Under the pieces are notes generated by a model, which was not told the origin of the DNA, did not search any database, and saw nothing but the letters and a program-made list of their open reading frames with translations. DNA of 64,000 nt, from NCBI GenBank assembly GCA_029953675.1, contig JAMWBK010000010.1:186001-250000 (forward strand), in the 5' to 3' direction. Positions 1-10,543 of this stretch are shown piece by piece (the first letter of the stretch is position 1; every line of letters begins with the position of its first letter). The position numbers were made by a program, and so were the translations under genes. The DNA is from Rhodosorus marinus CCMP1338 (Eukaryota > Plantae > Rhodophyta).

Positions 1-893
1 ACCACCAGAGCAATCCGCCTCGGGAGTATCGAGAGTTCCCAGGTGGAAGGGAAGCAAAATAGCGAAAAAAGGCTGTTCAGCTTTGGCACTAAGCATCTTG
101 CTTTTTTGCAGAACAGGATTCATTCAAAACTTCTGTTAACGTTTACCAACTGATAATCATCCGCAGGGAATAGACTCACACCAGTCCGGCACCACATCTC
201 CTCCAATCGCTATGGCTTAACCCCCCAGGTTTCTTTCCAAAATATAACAGTACCGAATAGTATTCAGTATTTTGTAAAAGTACGAGAGCTCTGAGCTCAG
301 TTTCCATCGGCTGGTTTAGAGCTTTTGAGATGTGCAAGTAGGTTAGCTAGCAGCTACCTGAGCTATCCTAGTTCATCTTCGAAGGCAATGATTAAGCCAG
401 AGATACTAGTTGCTCATTCCTAAACTCTAGGATGTAGGCGGCGTAGCAGGATCAAGATTTTCTCTCGATCGTCGCACTATCGCTAGTGATTCCCTCCACA
501 ATTGTGGAAGGAGGTGACATATCTTAAGAGCTACTCTTTAAGTGGTAAGGCGGATGTGACAGATGTAGAGACTTTATTGGAGTTCGGAGCCCGAATTAAA
601 CATGGCAACATTTATCGTTATACAACTCTGTACTATTTGAAGAGGAAGAGCTGATGAGCAAGCAGTGAGCTCAAGGTCATAGGCTGGGTTTCTTCTTATC
701 TCATGTGTCTGAGGACCTGAGTGAGGTACATTGGATTTGGAGAGATCTGAGGTCGTTCTGGATGAGGACGGTCGCGTGAAAGGCTTCTACGCATTGGACC
801 AGATGTTAGACCGACTCTTTATTTGACGCCAAGTGAAGTTGTTCAGAGGCTCAATTCTGGACTTGGACAAGTCTTGAGTTAAAAAAAATCTAA

Positions 894-1217
894 ATGAGCA
901 TCATGAGCATTTCGCTACTTTCTATTTCGAGTTTGCTGCTGTTGTGTTTTGTCCTTGCGGAATCTGTATGTGAAAGTGGTATAGGGGGGACATGTGATGC
1001 TGGCAACGGCGAAGAAGCTCTGAAAGTGACATACATAGTGTTGCTAAAGGCAGGAGTCGATATTGAAGAGGCTGCCAAGAGGTGTGACGCCGTTGTGGAC
1101 ATGAAGCTGCCCAACCTCGGCGGCTTCGTGGCAAAGCTTTCTGAAGAGCAAGTAGACTGTTTGAGACCAGACACCGACGTTTTCGAAAAAGATGGCCCGA
1201 TATGGGCCGCCAAGTAG
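894..1217 (+). CDS. Small secreted peptidase inhibitor I9 (subtilisin-propeptide-like) protein, standalone
   Basis: Hydrophobic N-terminal signal (MSIMSISLLSISSLLLLCFVLAES), then TYIVLLK...GGFVAKLSEEQV..L..D.....EKDG, the I9/propeptide pattern. The stop follows immediately and no subtilase domain is seen downstream. Confidence 0.65.
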   Translation: MSIMSISLLSISSLLLLCFVLAESVCESGIGGTCDAGNGEEALKVTYIVLLKAGVDIEEAAKRCDAVVDMKLPNLGGFVAKLSEEQVDCLRPDTDVFEKDGPIWAAK

Positions 1218-1919
1218 GCATCGCTCTTTGCCAGTGAATGTACGATATTGCTTAAGCAGATCTGCAGAGACCTCGGCAGAGATTCTTATGACCCTATTCA
1301 ACTACTTATCAAGCCAAAACCTCGTTATAACCCCCACAGTCCAGCTTAACTTACCTAGCTCTTTAGGAGCACTACTCTTTTTAGCTGTCCTCCTCGCGCT
1401 GGCTGGCTGAAGTGAAGCTCTTCTAGACCGGCCTGGAGATTGCACGTTCACCTCGTTTCAGAACGTTCTCTCCTAGTCCGGCTTCAGGCACCCAAATGTA
1501 CAGCTCCGAGCAAGGTGGCGGTCTGCCGGTTGATATTGAAGACTAGTAAATCGAATGAAGAGAGATTTGGTTGACCTAGTGTGGTTTCCTCCTAATCATG
1601 CTTGAACCTTTATCAAGTCCAAAGAGTCGTCGATTGGGTGAGGTCATAGAAGCTATTTCGCGAAGGTCGAGGGGGAAGGGGATCTCTCAATGATCGGAGG
1701 TTTCAACAACCCGTCGGAGAATACCACAAGAAGTTGAAACTTCTCTGAATGTAAGGACGAGAGGTTTTGGATGAAGCTCTCCATGAGAGTCTTGCTGCTG
1801 ATCTGTGTGCTGGTGTGTTTGAGGAAGGCGGTGGTTGGGGTTTGAGAGACTGGAGTGGATTGGAACTGGAGCTCGTTTGTTCTTTTTGGTTTTTGTTTTT
1901 TTTGATTTGGTGATGTAGG

Positions 1920-4078
1920 ATGGCGTTTTTGAAGAAGGCGTTAAAAACTGCCGAGAGTATTTTGGACCAAGTGGATGAAGGCGTGGTTAAGGGGTCGAGG
2001 TTGTTAACAATTGACGGCATTGCTTTGACCGGCGATGATAGACATGATGAGGACGAGCTTGATTCTGATGGGTTGTTGAGGAGACTCGAGGAGAGGAGGC
2101 AGGTTGGTGAGATCGTGAAGGCTGAAGATAGAATACGCAATCTCGAGGTTATTGAGGAAGAGCTCGTTGAAGGTCCAGCCCAGAGTGAGGAGGTGCCAGG
2201 TCCAAGTCAAAACCCTGCCTTAGGTGGGGAGGAAGTAGCGGTTGAGGAGGATCTTGATGTTCCTAAACGGGTTCAGCTGGGAGAAGCTGAAACGCAGCAA
2301 GCTCAACTCGAAGAGCAAGCCAAAGTGAACGAATTATTTGGGACCGAATCTGATGATCCAATGGCGAGTGAAGCTGAGCACAAGGGGGATGGACACTTGA
2401 GCAGTGAAGCTGTACTTGTTGCTGCTCTCAAGGAGGAGAGGAATGAGCTCAGACATCAACTTGAGCTCCGAGAGCGGGCCCTCGTTGAACTCAACGGTGC
2501 TGTGGAGTCGATGGCCTCCAAGATCAGAGCAAGAAGCACTGTTGATGAAAAGCTCGTGGAGGCAGAAATGAGAATCGGCGACCTGGAGAGGACCGTGGAG
2601 GAGACAAAATGGGAAAAAAAGGATCTGAACAAGGTAATATCGGAGAAGGAGGATCTGTGCGAAAACCTGGACATTAAAATTAGGAGCCTGAACGATGAGC
2701 TAGAAAGCTTGAGGGAAAACTTCCGGCAGGCGGGAGAAAAGGATTCCAACGATGTGAACGGAGCTCGTAGGGAGACAGTGGAGGCAGTCCTGGCTCATGA
2801 GAGAGAGGTACGGCCTCAACATGTTTGGTTATCATGTTGCACTGTTGCCTTGAGACTGGCCCTTACACCCTCTGTTGTTCCCGTCCTGCCCGTTTTCCAC
2901 TTCGTTTGACTTGTTTTGCAGATAGCGAATCATAATGAGACCAGGTTGAAATTGCAGAGGCGAATCGAAAAGCTGGAGAGTGATGCAGTAGGAAACTTTG
3001 AGGCCATAACCAACGCTGATCGAATAACTGATGAAGCAAGAGCTGCAGCGAAGGAGGTAGGGACCAAGCTATTGACAAGCTTCTTTTTCTAGTCACCCTG
3101 TGATTCCCTGGCGCTCCGCCAAACTCACCCGCGCACTGTCGAACTGCCGAAATAGGCGGAAACTGTAGCTGCCGATTGCATCCGAGAGAGGGACCAGGCG
3201 GTCAGGAAGTCACGGACTTTGGAAGAGAAAATCGCGGATATGGATTCTGCTTATCGTAGCAAGGAGGAGCTGTCTGCAACAGTACTGGCTCTGCAAGCCC
3301 GAGTCGAGGCTCTTGAAGCAGAGTTGGAGTTCAGACAGGCGAAGATTGTAGTGAGTATCCACCCCAGACACCTGCAGAAGCGTCCAGAGCTCACGGAATG
3401 TAGGCGCTAACGGGTGCTGCCCCCTCGCCAGGCGACGAACTCTGAAGTGCATACTCTGCGAGAGGCCTTGGAGAGCTCAAACCGTTTGAATCAGTCCCAG
3501 GCAATCGCCGGCAATGACAGCTCTTCGATTGACCAAGTTCATGCACAGCTGAGATATATGGCGGACTCGACAATGAAGGCTCAGAGCGAGGTATGCTAAA
3601 ACCTCAATGTCACGGCATACAGCATGTTTGGCGCCTAAGAAGGAGAAAACGTTTTTTTTTGTCGATTTTGTGTTTCCGGGTTCTGCTTTGTCGACGACGA
3701 ACAAAACCGCAGCTTGAAACTCTAAGAGGAGAAAATCGTGCTCTCAAGCATCAATTAGAGACGGAACGAAGAAGAACGATCGAAGCTCAGGCCATTGCCG
3801 CAGCAAGCTCCTCTCGGCATACTCCTCGAGAGATTGGAAGAGAAATGAGACGCGGAGTCCTGCCGCTGAAGGTCCCACGGCGGTGGCCAGTGCTCGTGTC
3901 CCGCGTCCTCGAAATGCTCGATGATCTGGCTGCGAACGTAACCTACATTATGAGACGCGAACCAGCTATCAGACTAGCTGTGATCATCTACGTCGTCGCC
4001 CTCCACCTCTTCATCTTCAGTATCATTCACCATGGCGTGATTGTCCATGACCTGGCTTACGATATGCCTCCAAGTTGA
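1920..4078 (+). CDS. Golgin-84 (GOLGA5)-like coiled-coil protein with C-terminal TM anchor, multi-exon
   Basis: N-terminus MAFLKKALKTAESILDQVD and long heptad-rich exons joined by GT-AG introns (e.g. 2808-2921). C-terminal RREPAIRLAVIIYVVALHLFIFSIIHH matches the golgin-84 tail motif. Confidence 0.72.
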
Positions 4079-4222
4079 GATTCCGGCGTTTCCGAGATTG
4101 AACATAGCCCCATCCACCGGGTTGTACATATTGTGGTAGCAATTCCCCACTCCTAGTCGATTTTTGCCATAATAAAAAATATATGTATATCTTTTTCACA
4201 CGGCGCTATCCCTCCAACTTCC

Positions 4223-4726
4223 TCAGCCAGAGGATGGGCTCAGAGCCTCGACATCCGCTGCGGAAATCCTTTTCGCTAGGGCCGTTGAAACATGAAGCCA
4301 GTTAAACGCCCTCGGCACAGGGTCAATCGACTCATACGGAACGTCATCGTGATTCCAGTAGGTGAGCTGTTCACCCGCTGACGAAACGACCCTGTAGTTT
4401 CCGTCCTTCTTTTCAACTGTGACACCTGAAAGAAACGCCCGGAGAGGAAGTGAAACCAGATGCTTAAGACCATGGGGTCGGTGTTGATCTGAGTGGAATC
4501 TTATCTTCCAACCATGAGCCGTACCTCTAAAACCCTCAGGAAATTTTACAACCTCGCCCTTCAGATGTCTGCCTCTGAACGACGCTTCGTTATTCTCGGG
4601 CTTGAACCGCTTACTGAAAGCCGTCTCACCAGAATAAGATACCTTACAAGGCAGCCAGTGGAGCTCAACACATCTTAGCTCCGATCCAAATCCTTCGAAT
4701 CGTTTCCTAGCCAGTTCTGAATCCAT
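4223..4726 (-). CDS. RNASEH2C: Ribonuclease H2 subunit C
   Basis: LHWLPCKVSYSG...F....ASFRGRHLKG.V..PEGFRG and LTYWNHDD...FNWLHVS are characteristic of RNase H2C. The ORF probably reads through one in-frame intron. Confidence 0.8.
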   Translation of the reverse strand: MDSELARKRFEGFGSELRCVELHWLPCKVSYSGETAFSKRFKPENNEASFRGRHLKGEVVKFPEGFRGTAHGWKIRFHSDQHRPHGLKHLVSLPLRAFLSGVTVEKKDGNYRVVSSAGEQLTYWNHDDVPYESIDPVPRAFNWLHVSTALAKRISAADVEALSPSSG

Positions 4727-5195
4727 TGCTGGAAAGAAAACGAGAGTTTTCTCCTTGTTCTGCTCTACTCTTGACCTCGCTTAATTAACTAATCGATAAA
4801 ACAAACAAGCCCAAATTGACCGTTTGCTTCACCCGCTCCGCAACCCCCACTCCGCCACCCTCAGCCTGTCCCAAGCTCCTGTTCCTGTGAAAGTTCAATG
4901 ATAGCAATCAAGAAAACATCCGATCCAAGCCGTGCTCGCTTCTAGTTTCCACAAGCCTTCTGGAAGCGTATAGATGAAAGCTCGACATCAACAAGATCCT
5001 AATGTCTCGCCCTTGATGAACATCTCTTTCACGTTTCCTAAGATGAGCCAGATTCAGCAGAACAAGGCGGTGGAAGTACATAATTGGAGGGTCGGGAGAC
5101 CTTCGTAGAAAGCAGAATACAAAAAAAGCTTCGATTGGGAGCGGCAGTCAATGTTTGACAGTGTGAAACATGCAGGACCTGGCATATCGGGGTTA

Positions 5196-5303
5196 CGTGC
5201 CACGATCCACATGAGGCCCTCGTCGGCCGCTTTTCTTGAATCCCACCGCCGCTTTAGTGTTTCGGTATTCAGAGCGAGCAAAGATTGCAGTGCGTGTGCA
5301 ATC
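5196..5303 (-). repeat. Inverted ~108-bp copy of the element's own ORF2 segment (7999-8107), flanked by GGGGTTA direct repeats
   Basis: The reverse complement of 5195-5303 equals 7999-8107 with one mismatch. GGGGTTA occurs at 5189-5195 and 5305-5311. Confidence 0.9.
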
Positions 5304-5388
5304 AGGGGTTAGGACGAGTCTGAGTCTGGGGTTTTGGACGGCTTTGTTTGTGGAAAACGACGGAAAAAGCTGATAAAAAGTTACAAGT

Positions 5389-7134
5389 ATGATTGTGAAG
5401 GAGGTACGCGGGCCGTACCCCGAGCCTCTTGTGATCGCGGGCCCACACACCTCGGGTACCCGCGAAATGGAGAGGGCGAAAGAGCTGCTACAAGAGCAGC
5501 AGCAGCAGCAGCAACAGCACCAGCATAGGGGAGCAGAACAGGAGGCAGAGAGGAATGCAGAACAGGGTGCAGCGGAGCAGGCGACAGCAGACCCAGCTGT
5601 CGCCTTTCTCCACCAGCTGCAGAGCTACGACCACTGCTATACCGCCCTGGGAATCGGCCAGTCGGACATCGCCGACTTCTACCAGGCCGCCTTCAACCTC
5701 TATTCCCGCATCAACTGCTCAAAAGAACTTCAATCAGTGACAGGACGTCTGAATGAGCTCGCCAAAAAACCGCATATGTGGCAAGACGGACGAGAGCCAC
5801 TACGACCCCGCCTCAACCCCCGCAGCAGCACCCGCGGACGGCCGGCGGTCAATCAACATGCGGCAGAACCCATCATCAATCAACTTGCTGAGGGGACAGG
5901 TGTCCTTGCCTCACTGGACTATGCCACGGCCTTCCCTGTTGCCGGTACCAGCAGCACACGGCCAACGTACGCTCAGAGGACTGCCCAAAGTACTCCAGCT
6001 CGAGAATCAGAGGCTCAACTCCGACCAGCCGGGCGCCCGGGCCCACAGAGCCAGCAGGCAGCGCTCCGACAGTTGCACGCCACTGTGGGAGGGTCCTCCT
6101 GGGGACCTGAGACCAAGCCGGTACTGGCGACCCTGAGGAATGTAAGACCGCCACGGATGGACGAGGTAGCCCCATCGGATTTCACCACGGTCCTTTGCAG
6201 AGCCTTGGGGATTCCGAGCTCTTATGTGGCGCACGTGGACTTCATCGCTTCCCATGCGTGCTAACTCTGCCATCCGGACGCGATTCCGATTCTACAAAGC
6301 GCCATCTCTCGGGGCGTTTTCAGGACGGGCATCTTCGGTTCGTTCACCCAGAGACACCCCGATCGGCAAGTGACTCTCTACACGGGCCAGGCACTGGATA
6401 CAGACAACCTGTTGGGCTATAATGAACATCAGCTCATTGCCCCAGCGAATATCGGGGCTCAGACCCTGAAACGGGCGATTGAACAGACTATCCGGATCCG
6501 CGCGAGACTTCGCAGAAGGCAACTCTCGTTCAACACACTCGCAGCGATACACGAGTACCTGGAGAGCAGACTCGGAGCCCTACAAGCCGCACAACGTACT
6601 CCAACGGTACCCGGGGAGAGCGCGGAACCCCCAGCGCCTGCAGCCGCCACGAACGCAGACCCTGAAGCCTCGTCCCTTCCAGGGGATGTACAGGCAGACC
6701 GTGGGAGAGTTGACGCCCGGGTTGAGACCAGTGCGACTTCCCAAGTACCTGAGAACGCAGCACACGAGGACAATCCCGATGCGGAGCTCCTCTGCAACCT
6801 TCCGGAGCCACCTCAACAGAAGCGCTCGCGAGTAGCCGCCGATGGCACCGGACCGGATACTGAGATGACTCCGGCAGCCGTGGAGACTCCACAGGATACC
6901 ACTGGGACACAGGGGAATCAAACGACACCGCGAAGAGCCTCTATTCTTCTCGGATCGTCAAGACTGGATCAGGCGGTGGAGCGTCTTCGTCGACGACGTC
7001 ACGGAAGGAGGCAGGCAGTGGACGCGCCTTACACACTGCCCGGTTCCCACACGGCGATTTGTGCCACGCGCCCAGGTTCACACATGGAGCTGCCTCTTCC
7101 GTGCTGCATTAGAGCTCTGCAGATGACTTTTTAG
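5389..7134 (+). pseudogene. N-terminal/ORF1-like region of family C element, one in-frame TAA (6262-6264) and a probable frameshift near 7020
   Basis: ORFs 5389-6264 and 6370-7134 share a frame and are separated by a single stop. The region has a polyQ tract, a possible RRM-like segment (LCRALGIPSSYVAHVDFIA) and a low-complexity linker. The +1 frame near 7030-7120 gives PTRRFVPRAQVHTWSCLF, which resembles the pre-RT region of CRE-like ORFs. Confidence 0.6.
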
Positions 7135-7281
7135 AGCTAACACGCTATGCGCGTGATGGCCTGGATGCAAAGGTCATGAACCGCCATCAACCTGCAGGTC
7201 GCAGCAGGCTCATTGCGCTTCATGACCTTTGCATCCAGGCCATCACGCGCATAGCGTGTTAGCTCTAAAAAGTCATCTGCA
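7118..7281. repeat. Perfect 63-bp inverted repeat with 38-nt spacer
   Basis: 7118-7180 is the exact reverse complement of 7219-7281. Confidence 0.95.
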
Positions 7282-7627
7282 CTTTAGGAATACGCTAATA
7301 CTGTTGTCGCATCTCGACGGTCTCTCTCTATGTGCTTCATTCTCTTGCTCAAGTCGGTGATCTGTCTGGCCAGCTGAGCCCGATCTTCCAACAAAGGAGA
7401 CGTGGAGAGCGTGCTCGCCCAGAAACGGTTCCAAACGGCCTCTAGTAATGACGCATCCAGCTTGGACTTGAAACATTTGATTTCGGAACCACAGCTTTAG
7501 CGCATCTGGCATCCAGGACAGTCTGTTATTACTGAGCCATTTGTATCGACCGTCGATTAATGCATCCCCTTTCAGGGCTCCTCCGAAATAGCTCACTTTT
7601 TCAACCAAATAGCTCCTAAAGCTCTCT

Positions 7628-10543
7628 ATGGACAGCACCGCACCAGCAAACGCCAGCCTGCTTCTTGTCGGACTTCCAGGCCTTGTCCTTGGACACTCTG
7701 CACTTGATGTTGGCATTCAGGTATCGCATGTGCTTGAAGGAGAATTCTCTACGGTCTGGAGCGCTCTAGAGGACAAGGCGTCTATGCTGTCGCATACTAC
7801 CGCACCGCAAGGAGCTGAAGCGGTTCGACGCAAACATCTCGGGCGCCACAAGCGAGCGCTGAAACTAGCACACCTTGGCCGCCTTTCAGATGCAGCTCGG
7901 AGCCTACAGGCCACCGAAATGGCACCTTTTACCGCGGCTACGTGGAGACAACTACAAGCGCTCTTTCCCAACCCGGCGGAAGGTGACTTACCAGACGAGA
8001 TTGCACACGCACTGCAATCTTTGCTCGCTCTGAATACCGAAACACTAAAGCGGCGGTGGGATTCAAGAAAAGCGGCCGACGAGGGCCTCATGTCGATCGT
8101 GGCACGTCTTCCTCAGGGCAAGAGCCCAGGTCCTAGCGGTCTCCGAGCGGAACACCTCCAAGGTGCAACTCAACGGACGCAAGTGGCGTTGATTCGTGTA
8201 TTGCGACAACTGGCGACCGCTCACGAGAAATTTTCCCCGGCTCTGGCCCGCGCCCTTCGCAGTAGTCGACTCCTGCCGTTCGCGAAGCCTAACAAGGGTT
8301 CAGTGCCGCAGGAGCATCCCGGAGTTCGCCCTATCGGAGTACCAGAAGTTTTGCGCAAGGTAGCAACGCAATGGACTCTTCACGCGGTTATGGACAGGGT
8401 GCGTGAGCTCCTGGTGCCCTTACAACTGGGTATCGGAGTAAGTGGCGGGTGCGAACGCTCACTTCACGCGATCCAGGCCCATTTGTCATGCGAACCCGAT
8501 TCGGTGGTCCTTCGCCTAGACCTTGAGAATGCCTTTAATCGCATCGACCGACGCCTTGCCAAGCAACTGGTGGACGAACACTTGCCGGAGCTTGCACCAG
8601 TGTATAGACTTGGCTATGGAAGCGACAACGCGGACTCACCGACGCTCTGTGGCTGGCGATCTTCCCCTGGACAGAACGAAACCGACACCTCTCGCCTGAC
8701 TCTCCAAGCAACTACAGGAGTCCAACAGGGAGATCCACTGGGGCCGGTGCTACATGCACTATCCCTGGCGCCCTTTCTAAGAGCGTTGCGAGCCAAGTTC
8801 CCCAACGAAACGATTGTTGCTATCCACGACGATATCACGATAGTCGGGTCGCTACAAGCCGTGAAGGCATCCCTGGCATGGGCAAAAACTGTGCTTCCCT
8901 CTCTTGGAGCACGCCTGCAACTCGGCAAGTGCACTGTGCACGGGCGAACACTGACTACCACGCGAGTGGTCAACCACGAGATTCCTGGAGTGCAAGTGAC
9001 CAGAGACGGAGTCACCATCCACTCGATACCGATAGGCAGCCGAGAATATATCGAACAGGAGTGCCCTGGGCTGCAAAATAAGCACGAGAAACTCTTTGAG
9101 GAAATTGCCAAGCTCCCGCAACCGGAGCTTACGACGCAAATTGCCCTCTTCAGGTTCTGTGCAGAAACGCGACTAGACTATGTGCTACGATGCCTCGCAT
9201 ACGAGTTTGGAAGAAATCTGGCACGCGAGGCCGACGTGATGACCAGATATCACCTGGAAATTCTATTCGGAGGCCTCGCTACGACAGCTGTAGAGGACGA
9301 TGAGTACGCAGAGCTGATCTCGGACCAAATCGCTCTGCCCTGCCGCTGGGGAGGTTTGGGTTTCGCTACTCGAAAGCGCGTCCAACCCATCGCGTTTTAC
9401 TCGTCATGGAGAAACACCTTCCGGAACAATGAAGATGAATGGCCATGCCTGACTGAACTAGAGCGGGAGGTTACGGCAGAACGCTCACCAGACACATACG
9501 AGCCGTTGGATCAACGATGGTCGACTGCACAGCTGGCGGACCAGATCTGTGCATCGTCGCGAGCAATACAACGGAGGCTCGGACCAGAAACCCCGCCGCG
9601 GATCTTGGCACTGACTACCCTGCAACAACCGCGAGAAACATCTCTTCGAAGCGCCCCGGGCGAGACTGCAGCTTGGAATAATGGTTCAATACAACAAACC
9701 CTCTCTCGAGAGGCACACCATTGTGCATTCCAAAAGCTGGTCACCAACCCACGAATCTCCCCTGAAAACCGAGCTCGAATACGGTCTGCCGCGGGATCCG
9801 GGTCGGGAGTCTGGCTACGTGAAATACCAGCGCTGACACCGAAAAAATTGAGTGCAGTTGAGATGCAGGTAAACGTTCGACAACTGCTGGGTCTGCCAAT
9901 TCCGGGATTGCGGACCACCGAGAAGTGCACTAGTTGCCGGAGTAAACACGGAAGGACTGGGGTACAACGGTTTCATCATTGCCCAACATCAACTGGACTG
10001 TGGCAACGTAGGCATGACGAAATCTGCAGAGAGCTGGCACGGTGGCTAAGGCGATGGAACTTCATGGACGTAGAGCAAGAACCTGAGGGGTACTTCGAGA
10101 ACTACGGACTGCGACCTGATATCGTTGCTAGGCATCCGAGGACCAAACAAAGGTATGCGCTGGATGTGACGGTGGTGTCACCATTACAGGGAAAATATTT
10201 GCGGCGGAGCCAAGATGATAGCGGATACGCGGCGAGAGCTGCGGAGAAGTGGAAAATCGCTCACTACAAAGAAGCGATGGTGATCAAGAAACCGGATGAT
10301 AAGTTCATCCCGATAGCGATAGAGACGTTTGGGCGTACGGGGCAAATGGCACAAGAGTTCCTCCGCGACAGCTGCAAACACCTACTGCACAGGAGTGAGG
10401 AGCTAAGAGACGTGAGATCCCAAATAAACCGGCAACTATGGCGAGGTAACGCAGAGATTGCATTAGGGGTTTTTCGCGTGGACCAGCTGGAGAATCCGCT
10501 AGTGCCTGTTTTTTCTTTTGAACGTAGCATGAGACCCCGGTAG
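7628..10543 (+). CDS. Reverse transcriptase + CCHC zinc knuckle + REL endonuclease (CRE-like); true homology starts near 7725
   Basis: RT motifs: KSPGPSGLR, RPIGVPEVLRK, GVSGGCE, LDLENAFN, GVQQGDPLGP, AIHDD, ALPCRWGGLG. CCHC: CTSC...HHC. REL: RRHDEI, RPDIV, LDVTV, KIAHY, FIPIAIETFG. No stops over 971 codons. Confidence 0.93.
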   Translation: MDSTAPANASLLLVGLPGLVLGHSALDVGIQVSHVLEGEFSTVWSALEDKASMLSHTTAPQGAEAVRRKHLGRHKRALKLAHLGRLSDAARSLQATEMAPFTAATWRQLQALFPNPAEGDLPDEIAHALQSLLALNTETLKRRWDSRKAADEGLMSIVARLPQGKSPGPSGLRAEHLQGATQRTQVALIRVLRQLATAHEKFSPALARALRSSRLLPFAKPNKGSVPQEHPGVRPIGVPEVLRKVATQWTLHAVMDRVRELLVPLQLGIGVSGGCERSLHAIQAHLSCEPDSVVLRLDLENAFNRIDRRLAKQLVDEHLPELAPVYRLGYGSDNADSPTLCGWRSSPGQNETDTSRLTLQATTGVQQGDPLGPVLHALSLAPFLRALRAKFPNETIVAIHDDITIVGSLQAVKASLAWAKTVLPSLGARLQLGKCTVHGRTLTTTRVVNHEIPGVQVTRDGVTIHSIPIGSREYIEQECPGLQNKHEKLFEEIAKLPQPELTTQIALFRFCAETRLDYVLRCLAYEFGRNLAREADVMTRYHLEILFGGLATTAVEDDEYAELISDQIALPCRWGGLGFATRKRVQPIAFYSSWRNTFRNNEDEWPCLTELEREVTAERSPDTYEPLDQRWSTAQLADQICASSRAIQRRLGPETPPRILALTTLQQPRETSLRSAPGETAAWNNGSIQQTLSREAHHCAFQKLVTNPRISPENRARIRSAAGSGSGVWLREIPALTPKKLSAVEMQVNVRQLLGLPIPGLRTTEKCTSCRSKHGRTGVQRFHHCPTSTGLWQRRHDEICRELARWLRRWNFMDVEQEPEGYFENYGLRPDIVARHPRTKQRYALDVTVVSPLQGKYLRRSQDDSGYAARAAEKWKIAHYKEAMVIKKPDDKFIPIAIETFGRTGQMAQEFLRDSCKHLLHRSEELRDVRSQINRQLWRGNAEIALGVFRVDQLENPLVPVFSFERSMRPR

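Noticed and set aside
1-890. Possible decayed TE or gene fragment at the window start
   Set aside because: No ORF or motif could be recognised.
6262-6264. In-frame TAA in the N-terminal ORF as programmed readthrough
   Set aside because: There is no recognisable readthrough context, and a nearby frameshift and insertion show the copy is mutated. A point mutation is simpler.
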